Source: an uncultured Planctomycetales bacterium (GTDB taxonomy: Bacteria; Omnitrophota; Gorgyraeia; Gygaellales; Profunditerraquicolaceae). From it: 64,000 nt of DNA. Each line of letters opens with the position of its first letter. Position 1 is the stretch's first letter. The stretch is taken from the NCBI GenBank assembly GCA_964399915.1, contig CAYNRN010000003.1:2064-66063 (forward strand), written 5' to 3'. Made by a program: the position numbers and the translations under genes. The notes beneath the pieces are model-generated. The model saw only the letters and a program-made list of their open reading frames with translations. It was not told where the DNA came from and ran no database searches. This document shows positions 1 to 7,908 of this stretch, one piece after another.

Positions 1-99
1 AGGTTAAGGAAGTTAGCAGAAGAAAGCGGCAGAAGCATAAGCGAATTAACAAGAGAAGCAATTGTCGGTTTTTTGAGAATGAGAGATATGTTGGCATAA
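1..99 (+). CDS. 3' end of a ribbon-helix-helix (CopG/Arc-type) DNA-binding protein; partial, gene starts upstream of the window
   Basis: Frame-1 translation ...RLRKLAEESGRSISELTREAIVGFLRMRDMLA* ends at TAA 97-99. The pattern (LxxLAEExGRSxSELxREAI) is typical of CopG-family RHH regulators/antitoxins. Confidence 0.45.
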   Translation, partial: RLRKLAEESGRSISELTREAIVGFLRMRDMLA

Positions 100-233
100 G
101 TTTCTATTTTTTCGTATACCGGCAAGACCCTATTCAAAAATTGACTTGAAATTTTATTGTAACCCGTTAGCTTATAAAAACATGCAGACTGTAGTCTGTT
201 CCAAGGCACATAATCGCGATTTCCGGCTTTAAT

Positions 234-983
234 GTGGGTATCGTCGCTTTTATAATCTTATTAATCATGAAGATAATAAGGATTCCCAGGAAGGCGCGGT
301 ATATCTTTGCGATATTTCTCTTAGTTGTTTACTGCATTCTAACCGGCTCAAATACGCCGGTAGTACGCGCAACCGTTATGGCGGTAATTTTTCTTTGCGC
401 CTGTCTTTCTGAAAGAGAGGTTAATATTTATAATTCCCTTTCGTTTACTACGCTGCTGATCCTTTTGGTCAACCCTCAGCAGCTTTTTGAGATTAGCTTT
501 CAGCTTTCATTTTTAAGCGTAATCTCGATTATATGGCTTTCTCCTAAAATAAAGTCTATCTTTCCGGATAAGGCCGATAAAATACCGCTGGTTCGTTTTT
601 TAATCATAACCTTTTCTGCTTCCAGCGCAGCCTGGATCGGCCTGATGCCCTTAATTGCCTATTATTTTAAGACCTTTACAACCATTACTGTGTTGGCAAA
701 TATGATCGTTGTCCCTTTTTCAGCCGTGATCACGGCTTCTGGCTTCAGTTTCGTGCTGATTGGCCTATTAATTCCTCCCCTGGCTGCAATATTTGCGGTA
801 AGTAACGAGATACTGATTTTAATATTATTTAAGATTCATAGCCTTTTAATCGGCCTGCCCGGGGCATACTTTAAATTACCCGAAATCCCTTTCGCTTATA
901 TCCTGCTTTATTATGCCGTGCTTATTTCCGTCCTGAACCTGCCTGAAATTCGCGCCTACGCAGAGCGCAGGTTTTTTAGTTAA
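234..983 (+). CDS. ComEC/Rec2-family competence-domain membrane protein (short; lacks the DUF4131 N-terminus and the metallo-beta-lactamase C-terminus)
   Basis: GTG start. Polytopic membrane protein with a ComEC competence-domain-like motif (PVVRATVMAVIFL) and multiple TM helices. Only 249 aa versus about 700-800 aa for full ComEC. Confidence 0.5.
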   Translation: MGIVAFIILLIMKIIRIPRKARYIFAIFLLVVYCILTGSNTPVVRATVMAVIFLCACLSEREVNIYNSLSFTTLLILLVNPQQLFEISFQLSFLSVISIIWLSPKIKSIFPDKADKIPLVRFLIITFSASSAAWIGLMPLIAYYFKTFTTITVLANMIVVPFSAVITASGFSFVLIGLLIPPLAAIFAVSNEILILILFKIHSLLIGLPGAYFKLPEIPFAYILLYYAVLISVLNLPEIRAYAERRFFS

Positions 984-1056
984 GGTAGCCTCCCCGGCCG
1001 CAGCAGAGGCGTGAATGTATTGACAAAGCCCCGCCGGTATGTTAATTTAATCTATT

Positions 1057-2019
1057 ATGAAACGGGTAATACTAATCATGCTGGCGCTGGGTTTGTTATT
1101 CTGGGCTACTCCACCGGCTTATCCCTACTGGATCTGGACCCCTAAGACCAAGAAATTCATTAATCCCAAGGCGATGCCTAAGGATACCCCCGGCGAGCAA
1201 TTTGCCTTTGCCAAGAGCTTGTATGACCTGAAGAAATACGAAGATGCCAAGAGGGAATTCAAGAAGCTCCTGAAGGCGTATCCAAAGTCAGCGGAAGCTG
1301 CGGAAGGCCAGTATTACCTGGGGAGATTGGAAGAGGGCCAGGGCAAGATATATGAGGCGTACCTGGCTTATCAGAAGGTTATCGATAAATACCCTTTTTC
1401 AGAAAGGATCCAGGAGATTATAGAACGTGAATATAAGATCGGCGAGCGTTTCATGGCCGGAGAAAAGCGGGAAGTGATGGGATTTGCGCTCCCGGTAGAA
1501 AACCCCGCTATCGAGATTTTTACTAAAGTGGTAGAAAATTCTACTTATGGCCCGCTGGCTCCGGTAGCCCAGTATAAACTGGGGTTAGTACTTAAGGGGC
1601 TGATGAGATATTATGAGGCAGAGGATGCTTTTAATAAGGTGATCGTCAATTATCCCACCAGCGAATGGGCGGACGCGGCCAAGTTCCAGATCGCCGCCTG
1701 CCGTGCCGCAGTTTCCCGCAGCCCGGCCTATGACCAGTGGGCGACCATGGAGGCAAAGGAGAAGTTTGAAGAGTTTGTCAGGGAGCATCCTGATGCCGTG
1801 CTCTCGCAAGAAGCCGAGAAGAATATCGAAAGGCTGCAGGAGAAAGAAGCCGAGGCGAATTTTGACATCGCCGTCTTCTACGAAAAGCAGAAGGCATATG
1901 ATGCGGCAGTGATTTATTACCGGGATGTGGTTGCCAATTACGCGGATAGCCAGTGGGCCGGCAAGGCGGCGCAGCGGCTTAAGGCGCTTGAAGAGAAGCA
2001 GGAGAAGGTGAAGAAATGA
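1057..2019 (+). CDS. TPR-repeat periplasmic protein (BamD/YfiO- or YbgF-like); no lipobox Cys
   Basis: N-terminal signal peptide. Repeated TPR-like helices (AKSLYDLKKYEDAKREF..., YKLGLVLKGLMRYYEAEDAFNKVIVNYPTSEWADAAKFQIAAC). Confidence 0.45.
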   Translation: MKRVILIMLALGLLFWATPPAYPYWIWTPKTKKFINPKAMPKDTPGEQFAFAKSLYDLKKYEDAKREFKKLLKAYPKSAEAAEGQYYLGRLEEGQGKIYEAYLAYQKVIDKYPFSERIQEIIEREYKIGERFMAGEKREVMGFALPVENPAIEIFTKVVENSTYGPLAPVAQYKLGLVLKGLMRYYEAEDAFNKVIVNYPTSEWADAAKFQIAACRAAVSRSPAYDQWATMEAKEKFEEFVREHPDAVLSQEAEKNIERLQEKEAEANFDIAVFYEKQKAYDAAVIYYRDVVANYADSQWAGKAAQRLKALEEKQEKVKK

Positions 2020-2567
2020 AGAAAACTTTAGGTTATCGGTTATCGGTTATCGGTTTGGGGTTTATGCTGCTTGCGGCAGGCTGCGGTTATACTACCCGTT
2101 CGGCAATCGCTAATAAATACCGGACTATCTATATCGATCCTTTTATCAACAAAATAGACATTACCAGCGATGCGAACGTGGGAAGCAAATACCGGCTTTA
2201 TCGTCCCCTGCTGGAGACAGACATCACTAAAGAGGTGGTAAATAAATTCCTCTTTGACGGCAATTTAAAGCCGGTAAAAACCGGCAGTGCCGACCTTACC
2301 CTTAAGGGGGAATTAATCGAGTTCCGTAAGGAGCCGTTAAGATACGATGATAACGATAATGTCACCGAATACCGCGTTGATATGGTGGTCAATATCGGAC
2401 TCTGGGATAACCTGGAAAACCGCCAGCTCTGGAAAGAAGACGGATTTACCGGAGAAACCAGTTACTTTACTACCGGCAATCAGACAAAAAGCGAAGCCCA
2501 GGCGATTAACGACTCGATTTCCGATTTAGCGCGCAGGATCGTGGAACGGGCAGTAGAAGAATGGTAA
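2016..2567 (+). CDS. lptE: LPS-assembly lipoprotein LptE-like
   Basis: Signal peptide with lipobox LAAGC followed by GYTTRS (LptE-like GCG[YFW]xLR context), about 180 aa. Immediately upstream of a holA-like gene, matching the proteobacterial lptE-holA arrangement. Confidence 0.5.
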   Translation: MKKTLGYRLSVIGLGFMLLAAGCGYTTRSAIANKYRTIYIDPFINKIDITSDANVGSKYRLYRPLLETDITKEVVNKFLFDGNLKPVKTGSADLTLKGELIEFRKEPLRYDDNDNVTEYRVDMVVNIGLWDNLENRQLWKEDGFTGETSYFTTGNQTKSEAQAINDSISDLARRIVERAVEEW

Positions 2568-3217
2568 CAGCAAAAGAACCCGCCGTCTACCTTTTCCTCG
2601 GGCAGGACAGCCTATCAAAAGAGGTAAAATTAAAGAAGCTCAGGCAGGAGTATTTGAATCCTGCGGTTGAGCATTTCAACCTTGATATCCTCTATGCCAA
2701 GGAACTCGACCTGCATAAAATACAGGAAAGGTTCCTCGCCCTCCCGGTTGGAGCAAAAAAACGCCTTATCGTAATCAAAGACGCGCAGCACTTAAAAGAA
2801 GAGGCCAAAGATTTTATCCTTGCTTTCGCAAAGAAGCCGTCTGCCCCGGTTGTCCTTTTCCTTGATTTTTACAGGCACGACTTAAAGGACTTATTTTTAA
2901 ATTCGCTTAAGAGGTACTCGGTCGTTTTTTATTTTAAAGAGGAGATTAAGGCGACATCCTTTACGTTGAGCCGCTCAATTAATATGAAAAAGGGCGCTTC
3001 CGCGCTTAGGCTCCTGAACAGATTATTGAGCGACGGAGAGGAACCGACAATGATACTCGGGGGGTTAAGGTACGGTGTCGAAAAAGATGCCTTGCGCCCG
3101 CAAGAGAAGAGGAAAAGGCTGCGCCTGCTCCTTGATTGCGATAGAGAAATAAAAACCGGAAAACTAAAAGCCCCCTTTGCGCTGGAAAAGCTTGTTGTCA
3201 GCCTCTGCAGGGTTTGA
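2561..3217 (+). CDS. holA: DNA polymerase III delta subunit-like (short, 218 aa)
   Basis: N-terminal HolA-like domain (VYLFLGQDSLSKEVKLKKLRQEY...KRLIVIKDAQHLKEEAKDFILAFAKKP...VVLFLDF). Synteny with the lptE-like gene. Shorter than the typical ~340 aa. Confidence 0.5.
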   Translation: MVTAKEPAVYLFLGQDSLSKEVKLKKLRQEYLNPAVEHFNLDILYAKELDLHKIQERFLALPVGAKKRLIVIKDAQHLKEEAKDFILAFAKKPSAPVVLFLDFYRHDLKDLFLNSLKRYSVVFYFKEEIKATSFTLSRSINMKKGASALRLLNRLLSDGEEPTMILGGLRYGVEKDALRPQEKRKRLRLLLDCDREIKTGKLKAPFALEKLVVSLCRV

Positions 3218-3478
3218 TCAGGCCGATTTAAGCTTTTTGCTTAAGCGGGATTTTCTGCGGCTTGCTAAGCTGGGATGGATAACTTTCTTTTTGGCGGCTT
3301 TATCCAGTTGAGAAAATACTTTATTCAGGAAAGCCTTGGCTTCATCGAGCTTTTTTTCCGAAATCAGCGCCTGGAACTTCTTTAAAGTCTTTTTAAGTTC
3401 TTTTTTGACCTTAAGGTTGCGCAGGCGTTTTTTCTTATCTTTGCGCTGCTGTTTTAGCGAAGTCTTTCGTCTAGGCAT
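3218..3478 (-). CDS. rpsT: 30S ribosomal protein S20
   Basis: 86-aa basic protein MPRRKTSLKQQRKDKKKRLRNLKVKKELKKTLKKF...ASRRKSRLSKKLKSA, a textbook S20. Confidence 0.9.
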   Translation of the reverse strand: MPRRKTSLKQQRKDKKKRLRNLKVKKELKKTLKKFQALISEKKLDEAKAFLNKVFSQLDKAAKKKVIHPSLASRRKSRLSKKLKSA

Positions 3479-3536
3479 ATCTTCTCCTTGTTTTTTTATC
3501 CGTTTCGTTTATAACATAATTAATTTGCAATGTCAA

Positions 3537-3582
3537 CCCCGTTACAAATACGATTCTTATCATAGCATAATTTGTAACGGGG
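3537..3582. repeat. Inverted repeat CCCCGTTACAAAT-N20-ATTTGTAACGGGG flanked by direct GTCAAC; copy 1, upstream of murJ
   Basis: Arms at 3537-3549 and 3570-3582 are exact reverse complements. A second copy with the identical 20-nt spacer length is at 57604-57649. Confidence 0.8.
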
Positions 3583-3595
3583 TCAACAAACAAAT

Positions 3596-5155
3596 ATGGA
3601 AAAATATTCCAATCGAAGTATAGCCAAATCTGCCGGCGTAATCGGCATAGCCACTTTCGCCAGCCGCTTACTGGGTTTTGCCCGGGATATCGTCATTGCC
3701 CGGCTTTTCGGAATCCGCATATATGCCCAGGCCTTTGTCATCGCTTTTAAGATCCCCAACCTCCTGCGCGACTTCTTAGGCGAGGGCGCTACCAACGCCG
3801 CTTTTGTTCCGGTCTTCAGCGACTACGCAGTGAAACATTCAAAAGAAGAATTCTGGCATCTGGCCAATGTCGTGCTGAACCTTCTGCTGATTGTACTTTC
3901 TTTATTGACTTTGGCAGGAATGTTGTTTTCTCCCCTGATTGTGCGCTTGATCGCTCCCGGTTTCATCGCCGATGCGGAAAAATTACAAGCCACGGTAAGG
4001 CTGACCAGGATAATCTTTCCCTATATCATGCTTATCGGTTTGGCCGCCTATTCAATGGGGATACTGAATTCGCTTAAACATTTCAGTGTCCCGGCGTTTG
4101 CTCCCTGCCTGCTGAACATCTCGATAATTATCTTCGCCAATATTTATTCGCAGGGGATAACCGGCCTTGCCTTGGGTGTTTTAGTCGGCGGATTCCTGCA
4201 GCTTGCGGTGCAGATCCCGGTTTTATACAGCAAAGGGATGCGCATCAAACTTTTTAAATCTTTCCGTCATCCGGCGGCTTTTGCCATCGGCAGATTAATG
4301 CTGCCGCGTGTTTTCAGCAGCACGATCTACCAGCTGAACAATTTCGTAGATTCTATATTCGGTTCTTTGGCTTTTATAGTCGGAGAGGGCGGTGTGGCGG
4401 TCTTATATTTCTCTTATCGGCTGATACAGTTTCCCATCGGGATATTCAGTAATGCCCTTTCTCAGGCGATGCTGCCCAGCCTCTCGGCGCAGGCAGCGCA
4501 GGACGAAAGGAAAGATTTAAAGCATACGTTTTCTTTCGGGCTGCGCGCGACTTTTTTTATGATGCTGCCGGCTTCCTTTGGTTTTATGGCATTGGCAAAA
4601 CCGATTATTTCGGTGCTTTTTCAGGGAGGCGAGTTTGATGCGGCCTCCGCAAAAGTCACTTCCAATGCCTTATTCTTTTACAGTATAGGCCTTTTTGCCT
4701 TCGGCGCCAAGAAAGTGATTCAAACGGTATTTTTCGCGCTTAAAGATACGGTTACCCCTGCCAGGGTCGCTTTTATTACCCTGATTATCAATATCGCTTT
4801 AAACGCTTGCCTGATGTTTCCCTTAAAGATTGCCGGGCTTGCTTTGGCGACTTCAGTATCGGGTATTATCGGTTTTCTGATTCTCTTTGCGGATTTAAAA
4901 AAGCGCTTGAGCCCCATTAACAGCGGAGAAATCATTGTTTCTTTCCTGCGGATCTTCTTGGCGAGTGCGGCGATGGCCCTTGTCTGTTACGCTCTGTCTT
5001 TAAGGCTTGCCCTGACCGGCAGCGTCATAAATAAAGCCCTCGGTTTAGCGGTGTTATTACTAAGCGGGGCAGCCTCGTATTTATTTTTCTGTTTTATTTT
5101 AAGGGTGGGAGAGTTAAAGGAGTTGTGCAGGTGGATAATCGCAACAAGGCGCTAA
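3596..5155 (+). CDS. murJ: Lipid II flippase MurJ (MviN)
   Basis: 519-aa polytopic protein. N-terminus SIAKSAGVIGIATFASRLLGFARDIVIARLFG is the MurJ signature. Confidence 0.9.
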   Translation: MEKYSNRSIAKSAGVIGIATFASRLLGFARDIVIARLFGIRIYAQAFVIAFKIPNLLRDFLGEGATNAAFVPVFSDYAVKHSKEEFWHLANVVLNLLLIVLSLLTLAGMLFSPLIVRLIAPGFIADAEKLQATVRLTRIIFPYIMLIGLAAYSMGILNSLKHFSVPAFAPCLLNISIIIFANIYSQGITGLALGVLVGGFLQLAVQIPVLYSKGMRIKLFKSFRHPAAFAIGRLMLPRVFSSTIYQLNNFVDSIFGSLAFIVGEGGVAVLYFSYRLIQFPIGIFSNALSQAMLPSLSAQAAQDERKDLKHTFSFGLRATFFMMLPASFGFMALAKPIISVLFQGGEFDAASAKVTSNALFFYSIGLFAFGAKKVIQTVFFALKDTVTPARVAFITLIINIALNACLMFPLKIAGLALATSVSGIIGFLILFADLKKRLSPINSGEIIVSFLRIFLASAAMALVCYALSLRLALTGSVINKALGLAVLLLSGAASYLFFCFILRVGELKELCRWIIATRR

Positions 5156-6396
5156 AAGAAAAAATCAACTCGCTTCCCGATGCCTGCGGGGTATACCTGT
5201 TTAAGGACGCAAGCGGAAAAATTATTTATGTCGGCAAGGCCAAATCCTTAAGGAAAAGGGTGCGTTCATATTTTGGCCGCCTGCTGGACGCTAAAACCCA
5301 GCTCTTAGTAGCCAAGATAGAAGATTTAGAATACCGGCTTACTTCTTCAGAGAGCCGGGCCGAGCTTTTGGAAGCTTCCCTGATCAAGGAGCATCTGCCG
5401 CATTACAACGTCAGCTTCAAAGACGATAAATCATTCCCCCTGATCAGGATTTCAGATGAAAAATTTCCTCTCCTTTCCGTGGTAAGGAATAAAAACAGGC
5501 CGGCGCACGATCGGAGCGTTTATTTCGGCCCTTATACCGACCCGCGGCTCTTGCGGCAGGCGATAAAGATGATCCGTAAGGTTTTCGGTTTCCGTTCTTG
5601 TAAGGCTTTGCCGAAGCAGCCCTGCCTGTATTACCGCCTGAAGTTGTGCCCTGCGCCCTGCGCCGGAAAAATTTCTCCCGGGCAATACAAAAGCATCATT
5701 AAACAGATCAGGATGTTTTTGGAATCCAAGTACGAAGAGTTATCTGACCAGTTACGCCGGCAGATGCATTCGGCTGCGCAGGAAAAGAGGTATGAAGACG
5801 CTGCTTCTTTACGCGACCGCATAGAAGCGCTGGCGATGTTTAGAGGGGAAGAGGCTTTTGACAGCAGGGAAGAATTAAACATCCTTAAAAGAGCGCTGCA
5901 ATTAAAGAAGCTGCCTGAAAGGATCGAGGCATTTGATATCTCCAACATCAGCGGCAAGGAAGCCTGCGGTTCAATGGTCGCCTTTTATAGGGGCAAGCCG
6001 GATAAAAATAATTACCGCCGCTTTAGAATTAAGGGTGTTGAGGGCATTGATGATTACGCGATGCTTCGCGAGGTAGTGCGCAGGCGTTATCGCAGGGTCA
6101 TAGAAGAGGGGCTGCCCTTTCCCGACCTGGTATTAATCGACGGGGGGAAAGCACACCTTGCTGCCGCCTCAGGCCAGATCAGTACGCTGGGGATTGATTT
6201 GGAGATTGCCAGTATCGCCAAAGAAAGAGAGAATATTTATACCACGGGCCGGCGCGCGCCGCTGAATCTTCAAAAGTATCCGCAGGCTTTAAATTTAATC
6301 CGCAGGGTCCGCGATGAGGCGCATCGGTTTGCGATTAATTATCATCATCTGCTACGCAAAAAAGCAATATTTAAAAATGAGGGACGTAACTCGTAA
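5125..6396 (+). CDS. uvrC: Excinuclease ABC subunit C (UvrC) lacking the C-terminal (HhH)2 domain
   Basis: GIY-YIG motif (GVYLFKDASGKIIYVGKAKSLRKRVRSYF), UVR domain (YEDAASLRDRIEAL) and the RNase H-like endonuclease domain are present. The protein ends at 423 aa with no HhH tail. GTG start at 5125, or alternatively 5131. Confidence 0.75.
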   Translation: MQVDNRNKALKEKINSLPDACGVYLFKDASGKIIYVGKAKSLRKRVRSYFGRLLDAKTQLLVAKIEDLEYRLTSSESRAELLEASLIKEHLPHYNVSFKDDKSFPLIRISDEKFPLLSVVRNKNRPAHDRSVYFGPYTDPRLLRQAIKMIRKVFGFRSCKALPKQPCLYYRLKLCPAPCAGKISPGQYKSIIKQIRMFLESKYEELSDQLRRQMHSAAQEKRYEDAASLRDRIEALAMFRGEEAFDSREELNILKRALQLKKLPERIEAFDISNISGKEACGSMVAFYRGKPDKNNYRRFRIKGVEGIDDYAMLREVVRRRYRRVIEEGLPFPDLVLIDGGKAHLAAASGQISTLGIDLEIASIAKERENIYTTGRRAPLNLQKYPQALNLIRRVRDEAHRFAINYHHLLRKKAIFKNEGRNS

Positions 6397-6485
6397 GCTC
6401 GTAACTAGTAACTCGTAATCAGGATAGTCCTTTTAAAACCTAACAAATTTCTAAAAATTACTAGTTACGAGTTACTAATTTACTA
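6384..6485. repeat. Inverted array of GTAACT hexamer repeats (about 5 forward copies, AT-rich spacer, about 4 reverse AGTTAC copies)
   Basis: cGTAACTcGTAAGctcGTAACTaGTAACTcGTAATc ... ttACTAGTTACgAGTTACtaatttACTAGTTACtaaac. Overlaps the uvrC stop codon and ends 10 nt before the next start. Confidence 0.75.
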
Positions 6486-6495
6486 GTTACTAAAC

Positions 6496-6795
6496 ATGAC
6501 TTCTTTCGCCGTAAAAGTCTATAAGGTAGTGCTAAAAATACCGCTGGGCCAGACGCGCACCTATAAATGGGTTGCAAAGAGGGCCGGTAGCCCTGGCGCA
6601 AGCCGCGCAGTCGGGCAGATCATGAAAAAGAACCCCTATCCTTTATTAATCCCCTGCCATAGGGTTGTTGCCTCTGGCGGAAAAATCGGAGGTTATAACC
6701 GGGGGGTCAAGGTTAAAAAAATGCTCCTGGATATTGAGAAACAGATAAAATCATGCCTGGAAAGCAGCGCTTGTGGTATAATTAAGAAAAAGTAA
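6496..6795 (+). CDS. Methylated-DNA--protein-cysteine methyltransferase (MGMT/Ogt) C-terminal domain protein
   Basis: Active-site motif PCHRVV (LLIPCHRVVASGGKIGGY). 99 aa, matching stand-alone MGMT DNA-binding/alkyl-acceptor domain proteins. Confidence 0.75.
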   Translation: MTSFAVKVYKVVLKIPLGQTRTYKWVAKRAGSPGASRAVGQIMKKNPYPLLIPCHRVVASGGKIGGYNRGVKVKKMLLDIEKQIKSCLESSACGIIKKK

Positions 6796-6814
6796 AATCA
6801 GCGGAGGTGGCGCG

Positions 6815-7888
6815 ATGAGTATAAAAAAGATGCTCGAGGAAATGGTCAAAAGGGACGCTTCCGACCTTTTTTACCGGGCCGGAGGAGTACCGCGGCTGAG
6901 GATCGACGGCAAGGTAGTGCCTTTATCGCAGGATAACCTTAGCACCGATGACGTTTTAAGAACGGTAGAGGAATTGACCCCCACGCGGCAGAAGGAGGTA
7001 TTTGAAAGTAGGTTCGATATAGACTTTGCGCTTTATCTGGAGGATTTTGACCGCCGTTTCCGCGTAAGCATCTTCATGCAGAGGAATTCTCCTTCTATAG
7101 TGATCAGAAACGTAATCCCCAAGGCAAAAAAGTTTGAAGAACTGAATCTGCCGGCGGATACTTTAAAGAAACTTTCACTGGAAACCAGAGGCCTGGTATT
7201 ACTGACAGGAAGCGCCGGGAGCGGCAAATCCACCACCATTGCCAGCATGATCGATTACATCAATGAAAACTGCCAGAAGCACATCCTCACCGCCGAAGAG
7301 CCGATTGAAGTAACGTTCAAGGATAAAAATTCGCTAATCAACCAAAGGGAGCTGGGTCTGGATGTCAGTTCTTATCAGGTAGCGCTGCGTTCATTCACCT
7401 TGCAGAGCCCGGATGTAATATATATCGGCAATATCAGGGATTTAGAAACTATGCAGGCGGCGCTGACTGCGGCAGAGACGGGCGTCCTGGTCTTAAGCAC
7501 CCTGCATACGATAAACGCCGCGCAGACCGTAGAGAGGATAATTAATTTTTTTCCTCCCTACCAGCATGAACAGGTGAGGCTGCAGCTTTCTTTTCTGCTT
7601 AAAGGCGTGATTTCGCTGAGGCTGGTTCCCATGAAGGATAAGCACGGCAGGATTCCCGCTTATGAATCTATGCTTTTAAGCCCGACGATCAGCCGCCTGA
7701 TCCGAGAGGGAAAAACCTGGGAGATCCCGCGTTATATAGAGGACGGCGCGGTTTTCGGGATGCAATCTTTTAACCAGTCATTGATCAAGTTGGCAAAGGA
7801 AAGCATGATTTCAGAGGAAGAGGCAGCTAATTTCGCGGATAACCGCGATGAATTTATGCTTTCTCTCAAGGGCATAAGAAAATCATAA
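6815..7888 (+). CDS. pilT: Type IV pilus retraction ATPase PilT/PilU family
   Basis: Walker A LLTGSAGSGKSTTIASMIDYINE and PilT-type architecture (357 aa). Confidence 0.8.
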   Translation: MSIKKMLEEMVKRDASDLFYRAGGVPRLRIDGKVVPLSQDNLSTDDVLRTVEELTPTRQKEVFESRFDIDFALYLEDFDRRFRVSIFMQRNSPSIVIRNVIPKAKKFEELNLPADTLKKLSLETRGLVLLTGSAGSGKSTTIASMIDYINENCQKHILTAEEPIEVTFKDKNSLINQRELGLDVSSYQVALRSFTLQSPDVIYIGNIRDLETMQAALTAAETGVLVLSTLHTINAAQTVERIINFFPPYQHEQVRLQLSFLLKGVISLRLVPMKDKHGRIPAYESMLLSPTISRLIREGKTWEIPRYIEDGAVFGMQSFNQSLIKLAKESMISEEEAANFADNRDEFMLSLKGIRKS

Positions 7889-7908
7889 TCGTCTTTTGAG
7901 GAGGAATA

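Noticed and set aside
3336-3623. 95-aa plus-strand ORF overlapping rpsT and the murJ upstream region
   Set aside because: It is antisense to the unmistakable S20 gene and spans the intergenic inverted repeat. No RBS or motif supports it.
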